From assembly GCA_000004985.1 (NCBI GenBank), contig GG738845.1: a stretch of DNA of 64,000 nucleotides; one strand, written 5' to 3'. The notes beneath the pieces are model-generated. The model was not told where the DNA came from. It saw nothing but the letters and a program-made list of their open reading frames with translations, and made no database searches. Position numbers and translations under genes: made by a program. Below are positions 52,833 to 64,000 of the stretch, piece by piece. Source of the stretch: Naegleria gruberi (taxonomy: Eukaryota). Position 1 is the stretch's first letter. Every line of letters starts with the position of its first letter.

Positions 52833-54004
52833 TTATCTTGATGTATTATTAATAGAATGAGATAGGGATGACACTCTCTTCTTCTTTTCTGTCAAACGTT
52901 TGTCTATTTCTTCGAATAATTGCTTAGACAATCGAGTTGCTTCATGATTTTCGCCAAGAATTTGTTCTCTTAATTTGAAAGCTTTTTGAAAGTAGGTGAG
53001 CGATTGAGGAAGGTTTCTATCCTTAAACAATATGAGTCCCATGTTATGGAGGGCTAAAGCATAATCATAGGTGTTCACTCCCAAATGCTTTTTCCGTATG
53101 GCAATAACTTTGTTTTGAAATTCTATCGCCTTTTTAAATTTTTTTACATCCTTAAGAACTTGAGCCATATTTTCATAGGTAAGGGCTGTAATTGGATGAG
53201 TGTCACCCAATATTTTTTCCCTAATTCGAATAGATTTATCATAATAATCAATGGCATCCTCTAATCTTGATTGGTGATCATAAATTACTCCAATGTTATG
53301 ATAAATATCTGACAAACATAATCTATCGTCTCCAAGAATATCTATATAGGTTGTTGTAGAATAGATACAGTTACATACTTACTTTCAGCTAATTTTTGAG
53401 CTCTCTGAAAGGTTACCAAAGCTTCATCATACTTTTTTTGATTAGTATATATTAAGGCAATATTCACCATTGGTGACACTATTCCAGGGAAGTTTTTTCC
53501 AAATTTAACTTCCAACCTCTGGATACATCTATTGTACAGTTCCAATGCAGATTCATCATCTCCGTTGCCATAATATGAAATTCCCATTGCAAGGAAAATG
53601 TTAGCACACATTTCCGCATCTTCAATTTTTGATTTCATGAAAATATTTAGACAGTCATTGAAACGATCTAGGGCCTCCTCAAATTTACCCTTATCGTATA
53701 GGACCATACCCCTCTCATATTCATTTAAAATCTTTCCAATTTTTTGATCCTCTGGAATCATGTTTGTGGAAGAGTGGGAAGTATCTTTTGTAGTCTCTTT
53801 TCTTTGATAGTAATTTTGAGTTTGGGTGGATGAAGTGTAAGAAGTCGGGATGAGATCATTGTTATTTGATGTTGGCTGAGGTTTTTTAGGTATGACAGCA
53901 CTTTTAGGTCTTTGTTTTAAAGATGATGCTTGTTGGAGTGAGGGATTATTTTGTGGCTCCTGTTGTGGCAGTAGTGGGTTAGAGGAGAAGGAAAACAGTG
54001 ACAT
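52833..54004 (-). CDS. TPR-repeat protein of the kinesin-light-chain type (TPR_10/12), 2 exons
   Basis: Exon 1 is 54004..53383. The intron is 53342..53382 (gtaagtatg...tatatag, 41 nt, phase 1). Exon 2 is 53341..52833. The junction gives ...RAQKLAE-N-ILGDDRLCLSDIYHNIGVIYDH... The array ...LGDTHPITALTYENMAQV... and ...LGENHEATRLSKQL repeats the KLC-like 'LG..HP.VA' unit. Confidence 0.65.
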
Positions 54005-54048
54005 TTTTTTGAGTTATATTTTGGCGGGATTGTAATTTCTAAGGTTTA

Positions 54049-54951
54049 TTAGTAACAAGAGGCATCACTCAATACATCATGGTCATTAACTTTTTTCGAA
54101 ACAATATTATAACTGGAGGCTGATTTTTTCTTCTCATTAAAGTACTTTCTCTTTTTCTTCTCCATCACATATTCTTCATAACCTGGATCACCTTTTCTAA
54201 TCTTTGGTTTGGATTCGAACAGAATCTCTCTTGTGTGAATATATCTAGGCATTTGTTTTGATATTACCATAGCATCTATCATGCATTTGGGAGAAAATCT
54301 CTTTTCATGTAATAACATGTACTTCTCCACACCTAGAATACTTGTGCAATCCATTGATCTATATGTTGTTCGTCTTAATTCATCTGCCTTCTTTATCATC
54401 TTTTGATTATTCTCAATTCTGAATTTTTGTTTGGTTTGTAGTGGTGTTATTGTTTTCTTATCTGAATTACTTCTTTTGATTGTTATTTTAACATTTTCAT
54501 CTCCTTTTGAGGGTGTGACTACCCCCGCTTTTACTAATCCAAATTCTAAACTTGTTATAACAGCTTTTGCAGCAGTCACTTTCTTGGCAGCGTTTCTAAA
54601 CTGTTCAAGGGCTGCTCCTGATTTTTTAGGTTTATCTTCAAAGTCTGCAGTATCAACAACACCCGATCCAACCTCTCCAAAAACATCATCAGTACTTTTT
54701 GATAAATCCTTAATACTAGGTGTTTTTTCCATATCCAACTGTACAAGTTTTCTTGCAATTTCTTTCTTCTCATTTTCAATTTCCTCTTTATATGATTGAT
54801 ATATTACATCTTTTTGAATGGCTCCATACACCTTATTTGCTGATTGTTCTCTTCCCCTTACGGAACTAAGGTTGTTTCCCTCAGCAACAACCAAGTCTCT
54901 GTTCGACTTCATAGGAGAAGAATAATTTAAAGGAGCTTCATCTGTATTCAT
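54049..54951 (-). CDS. Hypothetical 300-aa basic or charged protein, no confident domain
   Basis: It has an ATG at 54951 and a single ORF. It is K/E-rich with the conserved-looking C-terminal block PKCMIDAMVISKQMPRYIHTREILFE...GDPGYEEYV. Confidence 0.35.
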   Translation of the reverse strand: MNTDEAPLNYSSPMKSNRDLVVAEGNNLSSVRGREQSANKVYGAIQKDVIYQSYKEEIENEKKEIARKLVQLDMEKTPSIKDLSKSTDDVFGEVGSGVVDTADFEDKPKKSGAALEQFRNAAKKVTAAKAVITSLEFGLVKAGVVTPSKGDENVKITIKRSNSDKKTITPLQTKQKFRIENNQKMIKKADELRRTTYRSMDCTSILGVEKYMLLHEKRFSPKCMIDAMVISKQMPRYIHTREILFESKPKIRKGDPGYEEYVMEKKKRKYFNEKKKSASSYNIVSKKVNDHDVLSDASCY

Positions 54952-55213
54952 TTTCTCTATTTACAAGTTGGAGGTCCAACAAAACGTTTAATAAAAAATT
55001 TAAGGGTTTAAATTGCTGTAGTTTTTTTAGATGTGGTTTTGCCCAAGCCAAATTTGTTATCATTACGATACCTGCAACATAGTGAGAGTTCGCTGTGTGA
55101 CGAGTTTCCAGATCATCTTTCCATTTCATAAAAAAATTGTCAATTAATATTTTCACTTATCAATTTACATATTATTTATTAGTGTTTTTATTTATTGGAC
55201 AGGTGCTAGTAAT

Positions 55214-56791
55214 ATGGATCCATCCTACAATCAACAAGAATCATCTAGTTTTGATGATAATCATCAAACTCAAACTTATGCATCATCCTCTGAATCTGCA
55301 TCACCACCCGCCAATAGTCTAGGACAAGAGAATGCCCTGTCGGAGAAGCAGCAAAATTATTTCATAAAGACGTCACCAGGTAATATTACTACACTTCCAA
55401 CAGGTGTTGTTAAACAATCTTTAGTGAAAAAATATAGTATGGAGAATAGTAGTGCTCTAAATTCTTCTCTTATCCTTCATGATCAATCACACAAATCAAA
55501 AACATCATTTAAATTTTATTTAAAACCAAAACAAAGAAATTTAAGACATTTACGAGCAATACACGTCAGAAATATTCAAAGCTCGGAAGTTTTGAATAGT
55601 TTTGCTAGTGGACATTTAGAAAAGGAAAATACAAGTAATCAAATTTTCAGAACAGGAATTATTGAACAGTCAATTGTATGTTACTGATGATTTACATTTT
55701 ATTGTTAAACAAATTAGAATCCTTCTTGGAGTTTTGAACTAAATATTAGTAACTTAACAGATGAAAACGAAACAAAATTCATTACAGAACACGAGAGTGA
55801 AATTACTAACTTGGCTGTAAAAATATTTAGTGTACAATCCAATATACAGCATGAATCTTACATCCCTCACCCAAATATTGACCTAGATTTGAGAGAACAA
55901 ATAATTTGTGAGGATAGGTTTAATTTTAACACATTAACATTCATAGGTGTATCAATGAGAGATTTGAATATACCTGATCTCCCAATTAATTGTATATTAT
56001 TAGAATTTGTTGATGGTATATTTATTTCAGAACATGCAGACCTTGCATTGAGGAATCATGGCTCTCTTTCCAATGAAAAAGTATCTAGAAAAAGCTTTAG
56101 AATTGACCATACTTCCCAAGATGTATCACTATTTGATTTACAATTTTCAATTGAAAAACTTTGTGGTATTCAGTTTGCCATTGAAGAATCTCAAAGAAAC
56201 TCTAGATTTATTCAAGATGATGTAAAGAAAGAATTGGAAAGAAGGAAAATTCTGACAGAGTATAAACAAAATATTGAACTCAGAAAAAGTAGGATAAAAC
56301 GATTGAGAGGCGTAATTGAGGAAACAAAAAAATCAATAGAGGAAAGAAAGAAAGAACTTGAAGAAAGGAGAGTTTCGTTAAAAGAAAAACACAAAATTTT
56401 ATTAGAGTCTCAACAGGATTTATTAGATCAAAGATTATCTCTATCACGTGAGCAAACTGGATCTTTGTCAACACAAAAGGAGGAGCTTTCTATATTGGAA
56501 CAAAAATACAAACATAGACAGGCAATGATAGTACAACAATTGAGCAGTATTTATATGATTGGACCTCATCCTCAAAAACAAACTAATGATCTGTACATTA
56601 ATGGATTAACTATTTGTAGAGGAGAGCAACCAAACAATGATGATGAAGCAGCTAGTGCACTTGGTTTTGTTGCTCATTGTGTTAGAATTTTATCCAAGTT
56701 ATTCCAAATACCACTCAAGTATCAAATTTACGCTCTATCTTCCAGAAGTTTTGTGAGTGAGGAGGGTCAAAATGATCAAAATGTTCTGTAA
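55214..56791 (+). CDS. UVRAG: UVRAG / Vps38-like (PI3K complex II subunit), 2 exons
   Basis: Exon 1 is 55214..55675. The intron is 55676..55717 (gtatgttactg...caaattag, 42 nt, phase 0). Exon 2 is 55718..56791. The N-terminal NLRHLRAIHVRNIQSSE matches UVRAG RRLRHLRNIAARNI. The junction ...IEQSI|NPSWSFELNISN matches the C2 region (NPTWRSLDF). After the coiled-coil, LSSIYMIGPH...DDEAASALGFVAHCVRILSKLFQIPLKYQI matches the BARA-domain start LSELSYIYPI...[31 protein letters not shown]. Confidence 0.62.
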
Positions 56792-57575
56792 GTACAATTA
56801 CTCTAATTTTTGCGAATAATTTATTATCGTCAGTCTGCCTCTTTTCATGTTAAGAGGAAGTGAAAGACCTAAATACTACAAGGCCATTATTTTACTCAAC
56901 CTTAATTTACAGCATGTAAGTAAAAATGTAATATTATTTTACGATTGAGTTAAAAAGATATTGAAAGTTAAAGGATTTAAGAGAGCGATGAAGAGTGAGC
57001 GAAAGTTCGATGTTTTGGACAACCTCCAATTTTTATTTAAGAATTTACAAAAATAATTTTTAAACTCAATTTAAATAAAGGCATTATGATTAATTACAAG
57101 ACCTGTGGAATATTGAGTTTGGCAAAAATTTAATTTGTATTTGTCGATCGTTTCTTATGGTTAACTTTGTCCAAACTTTGGGATTGTAACTTGTAGGCGT
57201 GACAAAGACTACCTAAACTGTTGGAATCTCCCACTCTACACACTGTTGAAATCAAATGTGGTTTGGAATGTTACTTTATTTGTTTTTTCCTCTTATTTGT
57301 AATAAGTTCAAAAAATCAATTTTGCAAACTCAATAATCACAACATTTGCAAAGTATCAAAAAAAATTCACTGGCAATTTTTCCTATTACGGCCTCATCAC
57401 CTAAGTAACGATCACGTCAATTATTTTTTTATTTTTAATTTAAAATCAAAAAAAATTCTCTAGCAACGCTTGACGTTATTTCAAACAACACCAACTTTTA
57501 GGTCTTCCTCTTGGCATTTGGATAAACTTATTGAGAGGATTAAAAATCGGAATTACAATCTATTTATCTTATAGA

Positions 57576-60500
57576 ATGGATCTTTTACTTCACCTGAATG
57601 CCTATCATACACTGAAAGGCCAAACACAAAATGCGGAAACAGAATCTGCTCTTACCAAAAGACAATTGGAAAGAACAGAAAGAAAGGCTAGGAATGATCA
57701 TTTGGAGTTGGTAAAACAAAAGAAAGGTCTTCAAAATTATATGGAAGAGTTACAAACTAAATATCGATTATTGCAGGAAAAGATTGCAACTCAACAACTG
57801 GAACATAAAGAATTACAATTAGCTTTGGAAAACAAAATTAATAACCTTACCCAAGAATTTCAAGGCAAGGAAGTGCAAATGAATCAAATCATTAAACAAA
57901 AACATCAAGATATTGAAAATTTACAAAGAATGATCAAAACAGAAGAAGAACAGCACAACCAAAAGAAACAACAGCTCGAAAATGAAATATCACAATTAGA
58001 AAATCATGTATCCAATTTGGAAACTACTATTGAAAGTTTGAATAGTAGTCTTTCTGCCTCTCAACACAATTATGAAGATTTAAAGAAATATTCCGAAAAT
58101 CAAATCGAATTGTTAGATCAGGAAAAGAGTCGAATTATTGCTGATATTGAAGAGTTGCAAACTTCCTTCAATAACGAAAGGCAACAACTACTTAGGGAAT
58201 TATCACAGACAGAGCTTCAACTCTCCCAATCGCAACAGGAATATATGGTACTAAGTGAGGAGCGAAATCAACTTATTTCCCAATCTCATACAATTGCTCA
58301 CCTATTAGATGAAGCCAACTCACAAAATTCTACGTTGGCTTCTGACATTTCAAGTGTTAGAAACGAACTTGAACTTGTTACACAAGAAAAGCTTGAATTA
58401 GTTCAAAAACTTTCGGATTCAGAGAAGGTTCAAACAACCTTGAACTCTCAGTTGAATGATTTGAAGAATCAATATGTAGAACTCCAAAAGAAAATTGCTT
58501 CCAAAGAATCAGAATTACAAAAGGCCGAAAATACCCTTTCTGATGTAAGAGAAACACTCTTAAGAAGAGAAAGCGAGATACAGAAAGAAGAAAACGAGTT
58601 GAGAAACAAGGAAAAGGTCTTGAGAGAGGAAATTTCTTCAATGGATGAGAAAATCAATGCTCTCCAAAACCAGATAGATCAAAAAGAAATTGAAAAAACA
58701 AGTTTGAAAGAAAAGTTAGAAAGTGAAATTTCTTCCATCAAGTCACAATTGAATGAAAAAGAACAAGCCATTTCAAAATTAGAAACAGAAAAAGAGCAAT
58801 TATTATCTCAAATGAAGCAGGCAATTGACGACCTAAACATTAAAATTTCCGATCAAGCTGTGCAAATACATCACCAAAAAGAAGAGTATGAAACTATGAA
58901 GGATAATTTTGAGCATTCCACCACAGAGCTAAAAAATACCATATTTCTAAGGGAAGAGGATCTTAGAAAAAGTAATGATTTGAATCAAATAATTGTTGAA
59001 CAATTACAATCTTCAATCCAAAACCTTACCCAAACTGTTTCTCAAAAAGAGATGGATCTTTCAAAGCAAAAAGTGGAGCATGAAAGCACCACTAGTAAGT
59101 TAGAAAAGGAGCTTGAGGATATCAAATTAGCATTAACAAAGAAGGAGAGCGAGCTCTCAAGAAAAGAACAAGAAAATGCCCAACAAATTAGCGAGCTCAA
59201 CAAGAATCTAGATCTTATGAGAAATATTTTGAACAAAAAAGAAGAAGGTCTTCATGAGAAGGAAGAAGAAAACTCATCCTATATCCAAGGTCTTAACAAG
59301 ATTATAGATGATCTTAGAAATACTATTTCCAACAAGGATATAGAATTGAAGAGATTGGAGTCTGAGCATTTAAATGAAATTGATTCTTTAAAGCAAACCA
59401 TTTCTCAATTTCAAAATCAAATCAAATTGTCCAAGGAAACAGATATTGAAAAGGAGGAATTAATTAATCAATTAAGAGTAGAAATCTCCAAGCTATACTC
59501 TGAGAAGGAAAATCTTGCAAACAAGGAAGACTTGAAAACCAAGAAGGAGGAAAACTCATTGAAAGAAAAGCTTGACGAAGCCAACAGAAATGTATCTAGA
59601 ATACAAACACTTTTTGAAAAGGAGCGAGAAGATAAGGTTAAAATTAATAACGAAAAAACCAAACTTGAAAACGACGCCAAGAAGGCCATTTCGTTATTGA
59701 ACAGTCTCAACAATAACCAAAATCAAAGTCTCAACCTTAAGGTTACACAGCAAATGACAGCCTACGAAGAAAAGTTACAAGAACTCTCAAAAACAATTTA
59801 TTCTCTTCAAAATAACTACAAGAATAATCTTAACAAGTTGACCCAAGATAAGATTAAACTAGAAACTGATTTGAAGAAGGCTCTCTCCACAGCCCAAAAT
59901 ACCATTCCAACTCATGAAATTCCTTCTGTGCATATTCACAATCCTATTGGTACTCCTATTTCAAGAAATTCCATTAATGAGATTCCAAGCACAGAAACAC
60001 CAACTAACAAGCAAATATCCACTCCTGTTACTCCTCAAACCAACACAAACGTGTCCACGCCAACATCTGTTGCTACACCACCAGTTGCACTCTCACCAGC
60101 TCTTCAATTCCTTTTGCGAATGAAACAAGAAGGATTTAAGCTTGAAGATCAACCATACTATGCTGAATTAATGGAGTCAATGAAAGGTAAATCAGTTATG
60201 GCACTCTTTAGAAGAGCCCAACAAGCAATCCCTGGTGATTTGGACTCTAAACAATTATACTACTTTACTGAAAAGGCTGTATCCAAATGGATAAGTACAA
60301 TCTGCAAGGAGGATTACAATTCTACTTTGACTTTTTATGATAACTTGAGAGATGGTATTTTATTGTGTAAAATTGTAAATAGTAATATTTTCCCTGAATT
60401 CTACTCCGGTGCTGGTGGCTCACAAGTGTGTAACTCTAAAACTCCAATTAACAAGTCGGTAGAATTAGAGAACGTTAATCAATACCTCAAGTTTTGTGGT

Positions 60501-60995
60501 ATTTTGAATGTGAAACCAATATTTACCTATGACCAACTTTGTAAGACAACAACAAGTGCTCCTGAAAAACAAATAATTCTGCAAAACCTCTGCATGCTCT
60601 TTGAATTGAGTATGGTATGCCAACAAAACAAGAAGAGAAAGTTTGAATTTATGGAAATTTTAAAGAAAAACCTCTCCAACAACCAACAAGCTCCAAACAC
60701 TACACCATCTAGGACATCATTAGGTTCAACACCAACCAATAATAGTACACCTTCCTTAGTTCCAAACCCATCAACACCACAAATTTCAGAGCAAGACATT
60801 ACCGATGATAAGAGAAAGGCAAGATTTAGCTTGAGCCCTGGCTCATTTACTGGTATCAAAGACGGCCTCAAAGATGCATTGTTTAAGGGACTGAATAAGA
60901 AGGTACTTCAAGGTAAGGATGTAAAACCACTAATGGACGATGAAGAACCAAATTCCCAACAAAAATCTGCATCAGCAGATGACTACTTTAATTAA
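57576..60995 (+). CDS. Long coiled-coil protein with a C-terminal calponin-homology (CH) domain (SPECC1/cytospin-like architecture)
   Basis: The ATG is at 57576; the track start at 57531 is TTG. About 800 aa are heptad-rich and E/K/L/Q-rich. A T/P/S-rich linker follows. The CH-like block reads ...KWISTICKEDYNSTLTFYDNLRDGILLCKIVNSNIFPEF...ENVNQYLKFCGILNVKPIFTYDQL. A possible 3' splice site sits just upstream (tatttatcttatag at 57561-57574), so a 5' exon cannot be excluded. Confidence 0.5.
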   Translation: MDLLLHLNAYHTLKGQTQNAETESALTKRQLERTERKARNDHLELVKQKKGLQNYMEELQTKYRLLQEKIATQQLEHKELQLALENKINNLTQEFQGKEVQMNQIIKQKHQDIENLQRMIKTEEEQHNQKKQQLENEISQLENHVSNLETTIESLNSSLSASQHNYEDLKKYSENQIELLDQEKSRIIADIEELQTSFNNERQQLLRELSQTELQLSQSQQEYMVLSEERNQLISQSHTIAHLLDEANSQNSTLASDISSVRNELELVTQEKLELVQKLSDSEKVQTTLNSQLNDLKNQYVELQKKIASKESELQKAENTLSDVRETLLRRESEIQKEENELRNKEKVLREEISSMDEKINALQNQIDQKEIEKTSLKEKLESEISSIKSQLNEKEQAISKLETEKEQLLSQMKQAIDDLNIKISDQAVQIHHQKEEYETMKDNFEHSTTELKNTIFLREEDLRKSNDLNQIIVEQLQSSIQNLTQTVSQKEMDLSKQKVEHESTTSKLEKELEDIKLALTKKESELSRKEQENAQQISELNKNLDLMRNILNKKEEGLHEKEEENSSYIQGLNKIIDDLRNTISNKDIELKRLESEHLNEIDSLKQTISQFQNQIKLSKETDIEKEELINQLRVEISKLYSEKENLANKEDLKTKKEENSLKEKLDEANRNVSRIQTLFEKEREDKVKINNEKTKLENDAKKAISLLNSLNNNQNQSLNLKVTQQMTAYEEKLQELSKTIYSLQNNYKNNLNKLTQDKIKLETDLKKALSTAQNTIPTHEIPSVHIHNPIGTPISRNSINEIPSTETPTNKQISTPVTPQTNTNVSTPTSVATPPVALSPALQFLLRMKQEGFKLEDQPYYAELMESMKGKSVMALFRRAQQAIPGDLDSKQLYYFTEKAVSKWISTICKEDYNSTLTFYDNLRDGILLCKIVNSNIFPEFYSGAGGSQVCNSKTPINKSVELENVNQYLKFCGILNVKPIFTYDQLCKTTTSAPEKQIILQNLCMLFELSMVCQQNKKRKFEFMEILKKNLSNNQQAPNTTPSRTSLGSTPTNNSTPSLVPNPSTPQISEQDITDDKRKARFSLSPGSFTGIKDGLKDALFKGLNKKVLQGKDVKPLMDDEEPNSQQKSASADDYFN

Positions 60996-61069
60996 CATTA
61001 CAATAAACATTTTGAGAGTGATTTAATTTTTTGAATTTATATACCTAGGTTTTATAGAATATTTATTGT

Positions 61070-63428
61070 TTACAAATTGTTTAAAATATCATCGAAGCTG
61101 TCTTCCAAGTTTCTTCCAAAGTTGGGCACTTCAGTTGTAGCAGATGATTGTGGAATATTCTCATTAGGTATGTTAATAAATATTGGTTGTTGTTGGTTAC
61201 TGTTTACAGCTTCTCCATTGTTGTTGTGGAACAGGCTGTAAATAGATGACAAATGTTCCTGGGATAGGAAACTCTTGTCAAAGTTGATTTTTCCATCACC
61301 ATTTCGCATGGATTTGAGTCGTTCTATCTCGTTTACCACAAGCTTTGATACTTCCATCTCCCTTCTTCGTTTAATGGATTCTAAACGGTAAATAATCTGA
61401 GAGTAACGTTTACGAACTCTTCCAAATTGCTTTTCCAAATAATTCATAGCCTTGATATCCTTATCAATCATGGAATAATAATCAACTCCAAACTCAAAGT
61501 TACTTCTAGCTCCACTCTCTATTTCTTCAATGATAGCAATATGTACCTGACAAGTAGCTATCACAGAAGACATATACAGTGGAGATGCAAACCCAATAGA
61601 AATTTCATTAGAAAAAATTTCTGCAATTCTATTAGCTGCATCTTCCAAGACCTTTCCCTTATAGCCGCATTGTTGAAGTATTAAAACACGAGTACCATTG
61701 ATAAAAGCGTCACAAATTGCTTTTGAAATTTCTTCTTGTTCAGGAGTAAGACTTTTTTGTCTATTGGCTTCGTGTTGTGTTACTAGTTTGGTAATCATAT
61801 CAAATAATGTCAAGTATAGGAATATTGTATCCTGATTGATTGTTTGTGAGGTTATTTGTAATAATTCTGGAGGAACCTTCTTTTTTCCTGTTGTATACTT
61901 GTAAAAGCCAACCAAAAGATTAGCAACATCATGATGACATTGTTTGCTTAGGGATTCTGCATCCACCTCTGCCAACTCATCATAAATTGGTTTCTCACTG
62001 CATACACCAATACCTGCTGCCATCTCGGCGATAGACTTGAGATATCGTAGATTTTGCTGTCCTAGTGAAAATTTTTCCTTCAACTGAGAGAAATAATAGT
62101 CCACAAAGCTCAAATAAAATACTGCGTCTGCATCGTTTCCCTCTCCTGAGCAATAAATTGAAAGATTGCAATATGTACATGCTGTTAAGAAAGATCTCCA
62201 TTGATCAAATACACTAGAAAGCATTGCTCTTGTTTTTTCGTATGCTCTTTCAGATTCTTCTTTGAATCCTCTTCTTTGACACATAAGCATGTGGATACTA
62301 TACAGAAAACAATTTGCTTCCGCACTACGTTTTTCAGAGAAGAAAATTTGTTCAACTGATCGTTGATCAATGAGTGGCATTGATGTGGATCTGTAATAGT
62401 CATCAACTGTTAATCTTTTCATTAGTTGTTTGTTTAAATCTCTGCTCATCCTTATTAATGCCATTAAACTTTCATTATTAAAATCGACGTGTGGCATTTG
62501 TGAGAAGCCTGCCATATCAATTTCTGTTTCATTCATCATGATTGGGTTAGTAGTGGAGCTAGAGGCAACCCGACTCAATTGCTAGTATGAAATTAGGTCA
62601 ATTAAAATGTAAAATTGGTATCACTTACAGTTTCTGTTTGTTGTTGTTTTAAATTTTGTTGTTGATTGAAAAACCACCCAGTCATGTCACCAGAATTTTG
62701 AGGGAATTCGTCCATTTGGAAATTTTGGTTGGCTGTGCTGATCATAGTTGAAGTTGACTCTGGAAATGTAGGAACTCTATTACCATTCATTTCGCTCTCA
62801 TCATCTTCAGTAGATTGACCATTCTTATTCTTAGTGCTTGGCCTCCCTCTTTTTTTTGGTTTGCGATACTAGTGAGAGTAAAGATTGATAGGAATAAGTA
62901 TTTGTACTTACCTGACATGTTAGTCCATGTTTTATGCAATATGTACAGTGAGGAAGTTTTTTGTCTAAAAAAGTAATTGTGATTCAAATAGGAAAGATTA
63001 AAAAACGTACCACACTTGATATGTTTCTCTCTACAAGCAGTGCAAGCAATATGAAAGGAGGCTGATGTTAGGGAGGAAAGATCATTATGTTTTTTGAAAG
63101 GATCTTCGGCTGTTGTTGTGTTTGGTGGAGATAGTTTGAGATCATTGTCTGATGTTGGAAAAGGATTCATTAACTCTCCTGATGTTGAAGGTGTAGAAAA
63201 TGAAAAACCATTAATTGGATCATCGTCTTGGAATCCTAAAAGTTGGGTCATCCCTCCCGAAGAGTTTGAAGGAGATGGAAAGTTTGGTTTGGATTTTAAC
63301 GGAGATTGTTGCTCATATGATTCCCAAACGAATTCAACGTTCTTTTTCGCATTTGTTTGTTGTGGTGCAGAACTTTCTGGATAGGGTTGTTTGTTGTGGT
63401 GAGAAATTGTTTTTGATTCTTTAGGCAT
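61070..63428 (-). CDS. Fungal-type Zn(II)2Cys6 binuclear-cluster (Gal4-like) transcription factor, 4 exons, ~740 aa
   Basis: Exon 1 is 63428..63011 (...FHIACTACREKHIKC-). Intron 1 is 62965..63010 (gtacgtttt...tttttag, 46 nt). Exon 2 is 62964..62912 (DKKLPHCTYCIKHGLTCQ). Intron 2 is 62869..62911 (gtaagtac...cactag, 43 nt). Exon 3 is 62868..62629 (YRKPKKRGRPSTKNK...QQTET). Intron 3 is 62582..62628 (gtaagtga...catactag, 47 nt). Exon 4 is 62581..61070. The spliced protein has the exact C-x2-C-x6-C-x6-C-x2-C-x6-C spacing followed by a basic linker. The 500-aa C-terminal region is consistent with a fungal_trans-type regulatory domain. It joins three track ORFs. Confidence 0.82.
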
Positions 63429-64000
63429 GATTTAATGATTTTGAAAATTAGATCGTCAATGATTGACTATTAATACTATTAATACAAAGTTAATGTCCAA
63501 TATTTTCTTCCAATATTGTTGTTACTATTTCCTCACTCTAACGACTATTTTTCAAATATTTTTTCAAGAGGCCTGTGATGATTCTTAGGCATACGAGTAT
63601 TTTTTTCTATTTGTAAAATACGTTTCAAAAGTTAGAGATGATTTAAATCTTTCCTCACTATTAAAACTCTTTTTGATTTCAATTAAAAGCGCTATTTTAT
63701 TAGCAAACAATTGCAATGAAAAGTGTTTGTATGTTAAAAGCTCAATAATATGTTAATTATCAATTAATCTTCCAATCTCTGGTGATTTCCAAAATTGAAA
63801 AATTCGCGATTTATCCATTTGGAATTGAATTACTTGTTGTAAACTGATGACAATTGAATATAAAATAGGGCCATCACCAATATTTAGCCTCTGCTTTCCA
63901 TTGCCTTTTTCATGTTCTAATTTAATTAGGACGTATTTGTGAGCATGATAAAAGTTAGTCTATCTAAGAAATAGATGAAGAGGTAGTAGGTATTGTGCTG

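Noticed and set aside
57221-57463. An 80-aa + strand ORF in the intergenic gap upstream of the coiled-coil/CH gene.
   Set aside because: It is a low-complexity hydrophobic translation of AT-rich DNA with no codon-usage resemblance to the neighbouring genes. It is most likely 5'UTR or promoter sequence.
1-64000. A prokaryotic-style interpretation: operons, CRISPR arrays, a defence island.
   Set aside because: The sequence has spliceosomal introns with GT-AG boundaries restoring frames. It has eukaryote-specific genes (proteasome DSS1, IFT22, PEX7, Paf1-complex RTF1, UVRAG). It has no direct-repeat/spacer arrays. No tRNA-like GTTCGA T-loop contexts were found by eye. It is nuclear eukaryotic DNA.

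Overview
This window is eukaryotic nuclear DNA. It is AT-rich (roughly 30-35% GC by eye) and extremely gene-dense: about 35 protein-coding genes sit on both strands and roughly 85-90% of the window is coding.

Genes are interrupted by few, very short spliceosomal introns. Most are 39-58 nt with GTAAGT/GTATGT donors and YAG acceptors; a few are 92-161 nt. Intergenic spacers are often only 15-70 nt. Many 'M' starts in the supplied ORF track are bacterial alternative starts (TTG/GTG/CTG), so true ATGs were re-derived. Several single genes are split across multiple track ORFs.

Recognisable products:
- DEAH helicase DHX37/Dhr1 (5' partial)
- dehydrodolichyl-PP synthase
- proteasome subunit DSS1/Sem1
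- 3-repeat c-Myb-like factor
- SAMHD1-like HD phosphohydrolase
- LSG1 GTPase
- dynein-IC-like WD40 protein
- a ~2636-aa DMXL/rabconnectin-3/Rav1 homolog in 4 exons
- IFT22/RABL5
- cytochrome b5 reductase, immediately upstream of NADPH-P450 reductase
- BLOS2-like protein
- PEX7
- gamma-SNAP
- RTF1 (Plus3)
- NOP16
- a Rac-like GTPase in 5+ exons
- an RGS-domain giant coiled-coil protein
- C1D/Rrp47
- crooked-neck/Clf1
- GDP-mannose pyrophosphorylase
- DEAD-box helicase
- COQ2
- a KLC-type TPR protein
- UVRAG/Vps38
- a coiled-coil + calponin-homology protein
- a Gal4-type Zn2Cys6 transcription factor

No rRNA, tRNA, CRISPR or transposons were seen. There is one 50-N scaffold gap.

A ciliary gene (IFT22) occurs together with a fungal-type Zn2Cys6 factor and fungal-like short introns. 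This suggests a compact genome of a zoosporic fungus or related opisthokont protist; that is inference only.

The items most worth a second look are:
- the ultra-short introns;
- a 25-aa x ~7 coding minisatellite inside the rabconnectin gene;
- an unresolved switch-II junction in the Rac-like gene;
- same-strand gene pairs 15-20 nt apart;
- convergent stop codons 2 nt apart.
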